Positions 34,068 to 44,212 of a DNA stretch of 64,000 nt are shown here, piece after piece. The stretch is from Histomonas meleagridis 2922-C6/04-290x. Its lineage: Eukaryota; Protista; Parabasalia. Position 1 is the stretch's first letter. Each line of letters opens with the position of its first letter. The notes beneath the pieces are model-generated. The model saw nothing but the letters and a program-made list of their open reading frames with translations, was not told the origin of the DNA and did no database searches. A program made the translations under genes and the position numbers. The stretch is from positions 62,001-126,000 of the forward strand of contig JAANOX010000276.1 in assembly GCA_020184695.1 (NCBI GenBank), written 5' to 3'.

Positions 34068-34634
34068 AACTGTAATATTTTTAGCAATCTTGGTGTTCTT
34101 TGAGAACTTAGTGATATGGATTTCAAATCATCTGGATGGAAAGATCCATTCCATACAAAAACGGTTGCCCAAAAAATCTGTACAATCAAAATTTCAATTA
34201 CAATCGATTTTTCTCAGAATCTGTGTTAAACTGTCGAATTCATTTGTCCGCAATCAAAAAGTTAAATAAATTTTGATTTGAATGGATTTTGATTTTTATA
34301 TTATCAAAAAGTTGTGCCAAATTCTTATTGGTTGACAAACAATTTCTTCTTGATGCTATCTATGCTTCTATTTTATACTTTCTTTAAACATAACTTAAGT
34401 CAAGAACACTTTAAAATCTTACAGAAAAAAAAGCAATTCAAAAAAATTGTTCCACTAATTCAAAATCTGAATGCACAAATTGAATTTATACAAATTGTTA
34501 ATACTGATCATTACGCTACTAGAGGCTATCAAAGGTTTAAGCTTTTTTTAAGATGCACTTTTGATTATTATAAAACAAATCTTGTAAATTCCAAAATGTA
34601 TTTTTGTAGAAACAATTTTATCGAAATTTTAGTG

Positions 34635-35998
34635 ATGTTTTCTTGTTTTCTATTTTCTTTTGTGTTTTTTTTATTTCTTTTTTCAAGATTTTTATTATTT
34701 TATAAAAAGAAAAAAAATATAACAGAACATAACAATAATCTCAAGATATTTTTGATATTTTTTGTTATATTTTTTGTAAATTCGATTCAAGAATATAATG
34801 AAGAAACTTTTACACTTACAGTCAATAGCACTAATGAATTTACACAAGATTATAAAGCAACAACCAAACATGTTATTATTGGTGGTGAAATCAAAGAAAT
34901 TCCTTCAATGTCATTTGAAAATTGGTCAAATCTTTATACTGCATATATTGGTGATTCAGTAATAACGATTCACTTTTCTGCATTTGGCACATGTTCCAAT
35001 TTGAAATCAGTTTATATTGGGAAAAAAATGTCACAACAATTTCTGGCGGTGCATCTGCATATTGCACAAGTTTGAAATGCATTTTCTTTAATGGTGAAAA
35101 AGAACCAACATTTCGATCAACATTATTTTTTTCATTAGCATTTGATAATGTTCCGTCAACAACAGTTATGGTTCCATCATCATATTCAGGAGATGAATTT
35201 GAAGAATTTGAAGTAATTCAAGATACAACGATTGAAGGATGTGAAAATGATGACTGGGGCTTGTCAAACATTAAAACAGAAACATTTACACAATCAAATA
35301 CATTTTCATTATCGAATACATTTACAAAGTCAAATACATATACTAAATCAAATACATTTACAAAGTCAAATACATTTTCTCAATCGAAAACATTTACAAA
35401 ATCAAATAATTTTACAAAGTCAAATAATTTCATTAATTCAAATACATTTACAAAGTCAAACACATTTGGTCAATCGAATACTTTTACTAAATCTAATACA
35501 TTCATTAAATCAATGAATTCTGACATTAATTCTAATACTAATTTTACGATTTCGTTTCTTTTAACATATTCATTAACATTTACACAAACGATTTCATATG
35601 AATTAATTGTTACGAATTCATTTACAATTTCACTATTTGAATCTAAATATATTTATAGTGAAGTTGAAATGATATATTATAATTATACGATTGTTCGATA
35701 TTCGACATATTTCACATATTTTTCACAATATTTCATTACACTTTATAGTGAAGAACAACAACTCCAAAAATCGAACTTCACCACCAGTCTTTTGATTGGA
35801 TGCATTTGTGGCGGCATTGCATTTGTTTTCATTGTTGTTGGACTGATCATTTTCCTTGTGCATCATCAACGAGGCAAAACAATCGCAATTTCAACGACAG
35901 AAGATCTCGAAGAACTTTCAACATCAAACACAGAAGAAAAGGAATCAATCCAAAGAATTCGTGACTTTGTTGTAAATGATAATGATCAATGGATTTGA
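34635..35998 (+). pseudogene. BspA-like (LRR_5) surface protein, copy A, frameshifted in an A7 run at 35022-35028
   Basis: Near-identical to copy B over 34690-35325, where B has A5. LRR, TxSNTF stalk, TM and tail are all present after the shift. Confidence 0.85.
35280..35512 (+). repeat. Coding 18-bp (6-aa, T-K/Q-S-N-T-F) degenerate tandem array, copy A stalk
   Basis: About 12-13 units such as acaaagtcaaatacattt. Confidence 0.85.
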
Positions 35999-36721
35999 AC
36001 TCAAGAACAAGAAATAAAAATGTAATAAAAATCCATGTAATCGATTTTTATAATATTCTTCGCAGTAAACCTTTTTGTTTTGAACTTCAAATACTCCTAA
36101 TACATTTGAAATTCATATTTATATTAGATTTCGAAACATATCATTAAAATAAGTTTAAGTTTTAATTTGAAAAAAATAATTTATCAACTATCATAAAAAA
36201 AGATATTTTATGTTAATCAAATCAACTATCATTATCATGAAGATTGATATAATCAAAATCTAATAATATTGATTGTGGTGTTCCTTTTTGTTGGTGCACC
36301 CCGCAAATGATATTCGTTAACGTTCTCTTCAATTTTCTTGAAAACATTTCCTTTGTTAATGAAAGCGAATCAATTCAGGTCTTTTGGCTATTTCACGTAT
36401 TTTTTTTGCATGCATCCGTATACATTTTATTTCATAAAGGGCATCCTTAATATTTTAAATTTCCTACCAGTTAAAATTAAAAACGATTTCTTTAACAAAC
36501 AAATTTCAAACAATATCTTAACATCGCCAAGCAATAGTTTTTCTTGTTTTAATAATTTGTTTGATCAATTTTTTTTTTATGATCATAACTCTTTTCCCAT
36601 TTATCAAAACTTGATTCACCTAAATGTAAATTCGTGTTTTTTATCTAATATTAATTCACTTTTCATAAGTAAATTGTTTAATATGTATAAAAACATTTTT
36701 TTGAATTCACATTTATTCTTA

Positions 36722-38089
36722 ATGTTTATTATTTTATTATTATTGATTTTCTCCAAACTTTTATTATTTTATAAAAAGAAAAAAAATATAACAAAACATA
36801 ACAATAATCTCAAGATATTTTTGATATTTTTTGTTATATTTTTTGTAAATTCGATTCAAGAATATAATGAAGAAACTTTTACACTTACAGTCAATAGCAC
36901 TAATGAATTTACACAAGATTATAAAGCAACAACCAAACATGTTATTATTGGTGGTGAAATCAAAGAAATTCCTTCAATGTCATTTGAAAATTGGTCAAAT
37001 CTTTATACTGCATATATTGGTGATTCAGTAATAACGATTCACTTTTCTGCATTTGGCACATGTTCCAATTTGAAATCAGTTTATATTGGGAAAAATGTCA
37101 CAACAATTTCTGGCGGTGCATTTGCATATTGCACAAGTTTGAAATGCATTTTCTTTAATGGTGAAAAAGAACCAACATTTCGATCAACATTATTTTTTTC
37201 ATTAGCATTTGATAATGTTCCGTCAACAACAGTTATGGTTCCATCATCATATTCAGGAGATGAATTTGAAGAATTTGAAGTAATTCGAGATACAAAAATT
37301 GAAGGATGTGAAAATGATGACTGGGGCTTGTCAAACATTAAAACAGAAACATTTACACAATCAAATACATTTTCATTATCGAATACATTTACTAAATCAA
37401 ATCTATTTACACAAAGTAATACGTTTACACCATCAAATGCATTTTCTCAAAGTAATACATATACTAAATCAAATACATTTATACCATCAAATACTTTCAC
37501 TAATTCGAATACATATACTAAATCGAATATATTCTCTCAATCTAGTACGTTCACAGAATCAAATACATTTTTTTACTTGAATACTTTCATTAAACCAATT
37601 AATTCTAATTCTAATTTCACGATTTCGTTTCTTTTAACATATTCATTAACATTTACACAAACGATTTCATATGAATTAATTGTTACAAATTCATTTACTA
37701 TTTCACTATTTGAATCTAAATATATTTACAGCCAAGTTGAAATGATATATTATAATTATACGATTGTTCAATATTCGACATATTTCACATATTTTTCTAA
37801 TTTTTATTTTATTTATCAAGGAAATTCATTTTTACAAGAAGAAACAAATGAAAATGTTATTATTATCATTGTTGTTGTAATTATTGTTATTATTATTGTA
37901 ATTTTCATAATTATTATTATGTACATTAAAAGAAAACAACTAAAAATTGAAACTTCAATGATCGAAACATCTAAAGAAGAAGAAATCAACTACATTAACG
38001 AAATCGAAACAATTGTACCGAATTCAAACATTGAAAATGATCCATTTGCGAATGATTTTCAAGAAGATAATACTATTAACCATTTGTAA
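36722..38089 (+). CDS. BspA-like (LRR_5) type I surface protein, copy B, intact
   Basis: LRR (LKSVYIGKNVTTISGGAFAYCTSL), TxSNTF stalk, S/T/Y-rich block, I/V-rich TM and an acidic tail with NDPF. The start is uncertain (ATG 36722 or ATA 36815). Confidence 0.9.
   Translation: MFIILLLLIFSKLLLFYKKKKNITKHNNNLKIFLIFFVIFFVNSIQEYNEETFTLTVNSTNEFTQDYKATTKHVIIGGEIKEIPSMSFENWSNLYTAYIGDSVITIHFSAFGTCSNLKSVYIGKNVTTISGGAFAYCTSLKCIFFNGEKEPTFRSTLFFSLAFDNVPSTTVMVPSSYSGDEFEEFEVIRDTKIEGCENDDWGLSNIKTETFTQSNTFSLSNTFTKSNLFTQSNTFTPSNAFSQSNTYTKSNTFIPSNTFTNSNTYTKSNIFSQSSTFTESNTFFYLNTFIKPINSNSNFTISFLLTYSLTFTQTISYELIVTNSFTISLFESKYIYSQVEMIYYNYTIVQYSTYFTYFSNFYFIYQGNSFLQEETNENVIIIIVVVIIVIIIVIFIIIIMYIKRKQLKIETSMIETSKEEEINYINEIETIVPNSNIENDPFANDFQEDNTINHL
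37347..37592 (+). repeat. Coding 18-bp (6-aa) degenerate tandem array, copy B stalk
   Basis: About 13-14 TxSNTF-type units, diverged from the copy A array after the second unit. Confidence 0.85.
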
Positions 38090-38775
38090 ATGTAAATATA
38101 ACTTAAATTTCAAATTATATTTTTATATCTCATAAGCAAATCTTTCCATCTGTTTCGAACAATTTGCATTATAAAAACAATGATAAAATATTTTTAACTT
38201 TGGGCTTATAAACGTGTAAATTTAACTCTTGAAAAATTATTTTACGACTCATTTAATATAAAAATTACCCAAACGCATTAAAATACGAAAACAAATTTAT
38301 AATGAATCTAACATTTCATATTTAGTGAAAACTTTAGATATAAATAAATGTTATATAAATTTTTCATTGATTTTGTATAATATATTCGTAAACTGTAATT
38401 TCAAAATATTTTTATGAAATTTGTGTTCCATCAAATATTTTAACATTTGAAAATTAATATCATTATATCTAAAATACAATACGTATAAGCAAAAATAAAT
38501 AAATGCAAACAAAAAGTATCAAACGAATTATTATATACTATTAAAATTTCTAATTTCATATAAAAGTCAAATATATTAAGGTTTAGCATGATAACATAAA
38601 TAATTTATTTCTTTTTCATAAATAAACTAAAAGTGTCATTTGTTCTAAATTTACGAAACGGTTTATCATCTGCCAAATTTTTTACTTTTGAGAGAAATTT
38701 CAACTTTTTGAAAGGGCAGATGTTCCAATTTAAAAATTAATCAAATTTTCAAAGAAACCAACTTTCACTTCACAA

Positions 38776-39777
38776 ATGTCGGATCATTCGGACAAATCCT
38801 CATCATCAAGTTATGATGTTCCTGAACCAGTTCAAGAACCAGTCCAAGAACCACCAAAACCTGAAGAACCTGCTTGCAAAATTGGTGGATCATGTGGTGG
38901 CTGCTGCCCATTAAAATGCTGCCGCAAATGCCCATGCGAAGCATTCAAACCAGAAAATATCCAAACCACCCTTGAAAAGAACGAAAAACTTGTTCATGAA
39001 GTTCAAGCCATGATTATGTTCAAGCGCCCAATTCCATTTGCTATCCTTCTTGTTTTCGTTAACCTTTGCTTCTGCCTTTATCGTGTTCTTGACCTTAACT
39101 TTTATGCCTTTGTTACACTTGTTGCTATCATTAGACTCCTTTTCAAAATATTCGGCTGCACAATCAAATCAATTGTTCTCAAGACATTCTTTGGTGGTGA
39201 AATTCCAAAGGGTGACGGTTCAAACCGCATTCGTTCTATCGAAGAAGTCAAATTCTTCCTTAACAAAGTTTTAGCACCACTTTTCAACCTCCAAAAGATC
39301 ATCAAGAAGCTTGCTTCCGATGATTCAGTTACAGGACTCCTTATCTATGCCGGAATTCTTTTCTTTGCATTTGTTTTAACCGCTGCAATTGATTTCTTCT
39401 GGCCAGTTGTCATTCTTGTTAACCTTCTCCTCATCCTCCCAGGCGTTCTCCTCCACCCATTAGTTCTTGAACAAATCCAAAAGATCAAAGGAAAGGCTGC
39501 ACAACAAGCACCAAAGGAAGAAAAGGAAGAAAAGAAAGAAAAAGACCTCAAGGAAAAGGCTGCTGATTTGAAGGAAAAGATGGAAGAAAAGGCTGAAGAC
39601 CTTAAAGAAAAGATGGAAAAGAAAGCTGAAGACCTTAAGGAAAAGATGGAGGAAAAGATGGAAGAAAAGAAAGAAGAAATCAAGGAAAATCTTGAAGAAA
39701 AGAAGAGTGAATCATCTGATAGTGAAAAGAAGGAAAAATCTTCTGAATCATCTGATTCAGAGAAAAAGAGTGATTAA
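38776..39777 (+). CDS. Reticulon/ARL6IP1-like ER-shaping protein with Cys-rich N-terminus and K/E-rich repeat tail
   Basis: IMFKRP followed by two long hydrophobic hairpins; CGGCCPLKCCRKCPC; repeated KAEDLKEKME units. Confidence 0.7.
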   Translation: MSDHSDKSSSSSYDVPEPVQEPVQEPPKPEEPACKIGGSCGGCCPLKCCRKCPCEAFKPENIQTTLEKNEKLVHEVQAMIMFKRPIPFAILLVFVNLCFCLYRVLDLNFYAFVTLVAIIRLLFKIFGCTIKSIVLKTFFGGEIPKGDGSNRIRSIEEVKFFLNKVLAPLFNLQKIIKKLASDDSVTGLLIYAGILFFAFVLTAAIDFFWPVVILVNLLLILPGVLLHPLVLEQIQKIKGKAAQQAPKEEKEEKKEKDLKEKAADLKEKMEEKAEDLKEKMEKKAEDLKEKMEEKMEEKKEEIKENLEEKKSESSDSEKKEKSSESSDSEKKSD

Positions 39778-40007
39778 ATCATTTGATCACAGCGTATACT
39801 TTACGCTGATCATTTATTCACTAATTTTTTTATTTTTTTTAGAAAATTCTCTTCATCCAATTTTTGTAAGGTTTTTTATATCTATTCCCATACTCTAAGT
39901 AATATATTATATTTGCTATTGATTTCTTTTATGCAATGCATTGCTTCTGATGACAGAAAGAAATGTGATGTAAATACGATAATTTTTTATTCATTTAATC
40001 TATCGTT

Positions 40008-40766
40008 ATGATTTGTAAAGTTTACAATGCCAAAATGAGTGAAATGAAGAACAAAAATATTTTAGTCAGCTTTGATATCGATGCAACGCTTTTGAAGGTA
40101 CCACTAACAAATAATTGCCATCACGAATCAATGGTAAAAGCTATGACAGATATTTTCGGAATTGACCCACCACAAAACTTATCGGAGTATGTTGGATTTA
40201 AATTTGCTGGTGTGTCAGATTACACAATAGTAAGAAGTGTTGTCGAAAAGGCTACAGGTAAAACAGAAAATAATGAAGATTTAATAAATCAAATGATTCT
40301 TCTTTCAGAAGAGAATTACGAGAAAAATTATGATGGTACAACCGAACTCCTTCCAGGATGTGAACATCTTTTGAAAACACTTAGTGAAAATCCAAATGTT
40401 ACTGTTGCAATATGCTCAGGAAATTTACCAAAAATCGGAGAATCAAAACTTGTTGCCGCTGGGCTTTGGAAGTATGTTAATCCTGGCTGTTGTGGTTGGG
40501 GACTTCATGAAGACAGAGCCGAAATTTTGAGGGATACTATCAGCAGATCTAGAGAAGCAACGAAAAAATCATTTGACAAAGTTTACCACATTGGCGATGC
40601 TGTACAAGATGTACAGGCTGCGCTTGATGTTAACAAAACAGAGGAAATCGATGTGATACCAATCGCTGTTCTCACTGGGCGAACCCGTGAATTCCCACCA
40701 AACACACGCATTGTAGAGAACCTAGAGAAAGGGTTCCAGGAGCTGGTGGACTTAATCACGTACTGA
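40008..40766 (+). CDS. HAD-superfamily hydrolase (phosphoglycolate phosphatase-like)
   Basis: Motif I FDIDAT, motif II CSGN, motif IV IGDAVQD; real start may be ATG 40035 or 40044. Confidence 0.85.
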   Translation: MICKVYNAKMSEMKNKNILVSFDIDATLLKVPLTNNCHHESMVKAMTDIFGIDPPQNLSEYVGFKFAGVSDYTIVRSVVEKATGKTENNEDLINQMILLSEENYEKNYDGTTELLPGCEHLLKTLSENPNVTVAICSGNLPKIGESKLVAAGLWKYVNPGCCGWGLHEDRAEILRDTISRSREATKKSFDKVYHIGDAVQDVQAALDVNKTEEIDVIPIAVLTGRTREFPPNTRIVENLEKGFQELVDLITY

Positions 40767-41714
40767 ATAAACGTTTTTGAAATTCATTCAATTAAAAATA
40801 TACTAAATAACAAATGATAAAAACATTCGTGAATAAATTTCTTTATTTCGTTGAACATAAATATGTAAAGTGTTATACGGAATAAAATTATTTTCCTTGA
40901 TTCGAGTATCATTTTATTTCAAGATCTTCAAATATTGTATGAGGATGACGCAATTTCAATCAATGATTGAATGTGAGCAATCTTTCATTTTATTAATTAT
41001 AATAATAATTTCGAATAAAGAACAATATTTATTCAAATTATTCAGTTGTTTTCACGCATTTTTAAATTTAAGAACAATGCCCAAAAGCATTTACCAGAAA
41101 TGAAACACTTGTTTGACCGGTCAAATATACAGTATATATTGTTGTATGATACATATGTGCGGACTCTAAACGTGAAAGGATGAATTATCTCAGATTTTGT
41201 TAACATTTTATTCATCATGAAGAAAATGATTATAAATATATTCTTTGTTGATTAATACATCAATTAATTGGACTCAGATTTTGAAACTCCCAAATTCTTC
41301 ATTCATTGCATTGATGTATTTTGATTCAGTTTATTTAATCTTTCTGCTGAATACAACAAATGCGTTTAAAAATTTAGTATGATAATACAAGAAGCATGTG
41401 TTTCATTGTGGAATATCTTTTTGCATGGAGTATTTTTGTTTTTTTAAGTTGAAAATTTAATAGTGGCATGAGCTTTAAGATTTTACATGCCATTCATCAA
41501 CAAAACTTGTATTCAAAAATCCGTGTAAAACATACGATAAGAACGCTGGTTTCTCTCAAATATTCTGAAAAATTTCAATTTAAACAGACCGAACATATAC
41601 ACAACTTTTGAATGGAAATCAGTGGTTACTTAAGTGGGTTTTGAATGGTATCGTTTATACTCCACAGAATTATAAACGTTATACAAAATCAAAATAATTA
41701 AAATCATTTAACAA

Positions 41715-42335
41715 ATGAAAGCTTCAACAAACAATGAAACTTATAAGATCATAGTTGTCGGCGACATCGGGTCTGGGAAGACATCATTAATTAAAAGATT
41801 AGTTCACCATACATTTTCAAATCTGTATCAATCAACAATAGGCGCAGACTTTGTAAAATTCGATATTCATTTAGGCCCACAAGAAATAATAAGTCTTCAA
41901 ATATGGGACATTGCTGGAGGTATAAAAAGAAATTGGGTAACAAGAATGTATTACGCATCTGCAACTGCTGCATTAGTACTTTTTGATATGGGAAACAAAA
42001 ACTCATTTAAATCAGTAATAGATTGGAAAAAAGACATTGATGATAATGTTGTTACATCGGAAAATAAACCAATTCCATGTTTACTGATTGGAAACAAATT
42101 TGATTTAGTAAGAAATACCCAAAAAGATTGGGGAAAGAGTCAAGAAGAGATGGAAAAATATTGCAAAAAATACGGTTTCTTGGATTTCTTCAAGGTGAGT
42201 GCAAAAGATGATATTAATATATCTGAATCAATAATGTTTTTAACAAATTATATCGTGGAAAACAGTATCCACTCAGAGGTTTTTTGCAGCACTGAATTGG
42301 TTGAGAACCCACAAAGAAATAATTGCTGCAGATAA
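41715..42335 (+). CDS. Rab32/38-like GTPase with divergent switch II
   Basis: GDIGSGKT, TIGADF, WDIAG (Rab32-type Ile), NKFD, SAK and a C-terminal CCR. Confidence 0.85.
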   Translation: MKASTNNETYKIIVVGDIGSGKTSLIKRLVHHTFSNLYQSTIGADFVKFDIHLGPQEIISLQIWDIAGGIKRNWVTRMYYASATAALVLFDMGNKNSFKSVIDWKKDIDDNVVTSENKPIPCLLIGNKFDLVRNTQKDWGKSQEEMEKYCKKYGFLDFFKVSAKDDINISESIMFLTNYIVENSIHSEVFCSTELVENPQRNNCCR

Positions 42336-42654
42336 GCAATTTTGTTTTGAAATTTTATATAAATAAAGAAGACCGTTGAATAAATAATTTTTTAATGCAA
42401 AATGCACAGCCTTAAAAAAGAATGAGATTCGAATGGGATTTTTTTCCTGAATCTAAATTTTTATAAGCATTTAAACGGTTTGATATTTGATAACGGTCAT
42501 CAGATTGCATCATGAATCAAGAATTTGAAGTAATTCGTGGCTCAAGTGATGGATATAGAAATACTACAGAGATTCCCAAATACCAAAAAGATGTATTTAC
42601 AAATTCAAAAAAATTTTTATTTTTAATTCTAATTCATAATTTTATTTCTTTTAA

Positions 42655-42869
42655 AATGTTCAATATATATTAAAATTGATATTTGTTACTCCCATTATAA
42701 TTCTTATAATTAATTTTATTTTTACCATCATGAAACATCTAAGAATTGACAGTAATACTGATATCAGAACAAACATACAAATAAGAGAAATCAACAACAT
42801 TCGTAATGAAACACATTAAGAGTTTAATGAACTTTTTCTTCAGTAAACAACAAACTTAAGTTTTAATCA
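42655..42869 (+). pseudogene. Relic TM/tail/3' flank of the same surface-protein family (copy D)
   Basis: Reads LIFVTPIIILIINFIFTIMKHLRID...IRT...EINNI. 42828-42869 matches the 3' flank of copy C (58576-58535, minus) at 39/42 nt. Confidence 0.5.
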
Positions 42870-42957
42870 AAATTTGTTTTTTAAATTGTGCGAATTTCTT
42901 TGTAATGACAGATATTAATTATTTATTAATTCCGATTCAGTGAATACTGAACATTTT

Positions 42958-43695
42958 TTAAATTATGAAACTACTTTCAACAAAATTTGTTTCCGATAGA
43001 TTCTGTAATTGGTTAGGAACAAATGATAACGGATCACTAAATATGTCCATTGGATCATTTTCAACAAAGTTATCAAATGATTCTGATTTCTGATCAAAAT
43101 ATTGATAATCACCTATACCTTCGATACGTAGCTCAGTGCTTTGATTAAAACTTGATATATCATCAATTTCGGTAGCCGGAGAGATATAATCAAAATTTGA
43201 ATCATTTGGAGTTACTGTTTCTTTTTTTATCCTTGAACTGGAGTTTCTTTGTCTAGTTGTCCACTGCCTAAGTTCGGAGAAGTTGTCTTTTAAGAAAGGA
43301 AATTGTTTTAATAATGAAGATGATTCATATTTTTGTGGTGTCAACCCATACCCAATAAGCTGAAATGACCCATTTATTGATGACTTACATTTCGAAGTAA
43401 GTAATCTAAGTTGTCTTGTATTGATTGCAATTTCATCATCATCGTTTAACCAACAAATTCCGCAAACAAGTGAACGCTTCCAATCATCTTTATTCCCTTG
43501 AACAACAAATGCTTTAATTGCGCTTATAATTTTTTGAAATGTTTCGATAGAATGATTTCTCCTATTTTTACAAGATGGGGCAGAAATAGCAGCTTGCAGT
43601 AGAAAATATGTAGCACGGTCTTCTTCAGAAAGAAGTTCATAATACATAGGTTTTTGTCGGGAATGATCTTTGAGTTGAGTCTTGTCCCCCCACAT
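42958..43695 (-). CDS. IBP39-type initiator-binding-domain transcription factor
   Basis: LSEEDRATY...DDWKRSLVCGICW...IAINTRQLRLLTSKCKSSINGSFQLIGY is the trichomonad IBD signature. ATG 43695 lies downstream of an M3 motif. Confidence 0.9.
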   Translation of the reverse strand: MWGDKTQLKDHSRQKPMYYELLSEEDRATYFLLQAAISAPSCKNRRNHSIETFQKIISAIKAFVVQGNKDDWKRSLVCGICWLNDDDEIAINTRQLRLLTSKCKSSINGSFQLIGYGLTPQKYESSSLLKQFPFLKDNFSELRQWTTRQRNSSSRIKKETVTPNDSNFDYISPATEIDDISSFNQSTELRIEGIGDYQYFDQKSESFDNFVENDPMDIFSDPLSFVPNQLQNLSETNFVESSFII

Positions 43696-44212
43696 CCCAA
43701 TTGTAAAACGGTTTTTTAAGAAATTCAACTTTATCACCATTCAAAACATTTCGTTTGATCGTAATAACCTCAAAAATTTTCTTGCTAAAAAACAACATGC
43801 TGTATAACTAATTAATTTGATTGATTGCAATTAAAACATCTCTAACTTCTCTTGTTAAAAAATTCTAAGCACATTTAAAAAAGTATAAATTGTAATTGAT
43901 GTGAACACTTTTATCTGTCATAAGTTTCAAAGCTTACTTTTACAGCTTATTTACCACACATGATAATATAAAAAGTTTCCAATATTAGTATAGCTAATTA
44001 TGTATTAAAAAAAAGCGATTTTATTTAAAAATTTGTTCTAGAACATCTACTTTTCAAAGTTAGTAAAAATAAATGTTACAAGGTATGGTAAATGTGTTGT
44101 ATTTCCTTTATTTTAAACAAATATATCTTGAATAAACGAAATTAGACATTATCATTTCCTGTATTAAAAGTGACGAAGAACTTTAACGGCCTCCAAATAC
44201 ACGTTACTAAAT

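Noticed and set aside
34314-34634. Long open frames upstream of both BspA copies (also 36338-36721)
   Set aside because: They are unrelated to each other, start at GTG/TTG and are F/N/I/L-rich; 36340-36600 looks like antisense of a decayed minus-strand gene.
41112-41125. Perfect 14-bp palindrome TTTGACCGGTCAAA (and a 9-bp hairpin at 797-815)
   Set aside because: Isolated palindromes of this size are expected by chance in 64 kb.
41918-41942. 25-nt GTATAA...GGTAACAAG in the Rab32-like gene, the size of short trichomonad introns
   Set aside because: No CTAAC branch site, and splicing would delete switch II and frameshift the gene.
42523-42539. 17-nt match (gaatttgaagtaattcg) to BspA copy B
   Set aside because: An AT-rich 17-mer match is near chance level; not used as evidence for relic D.
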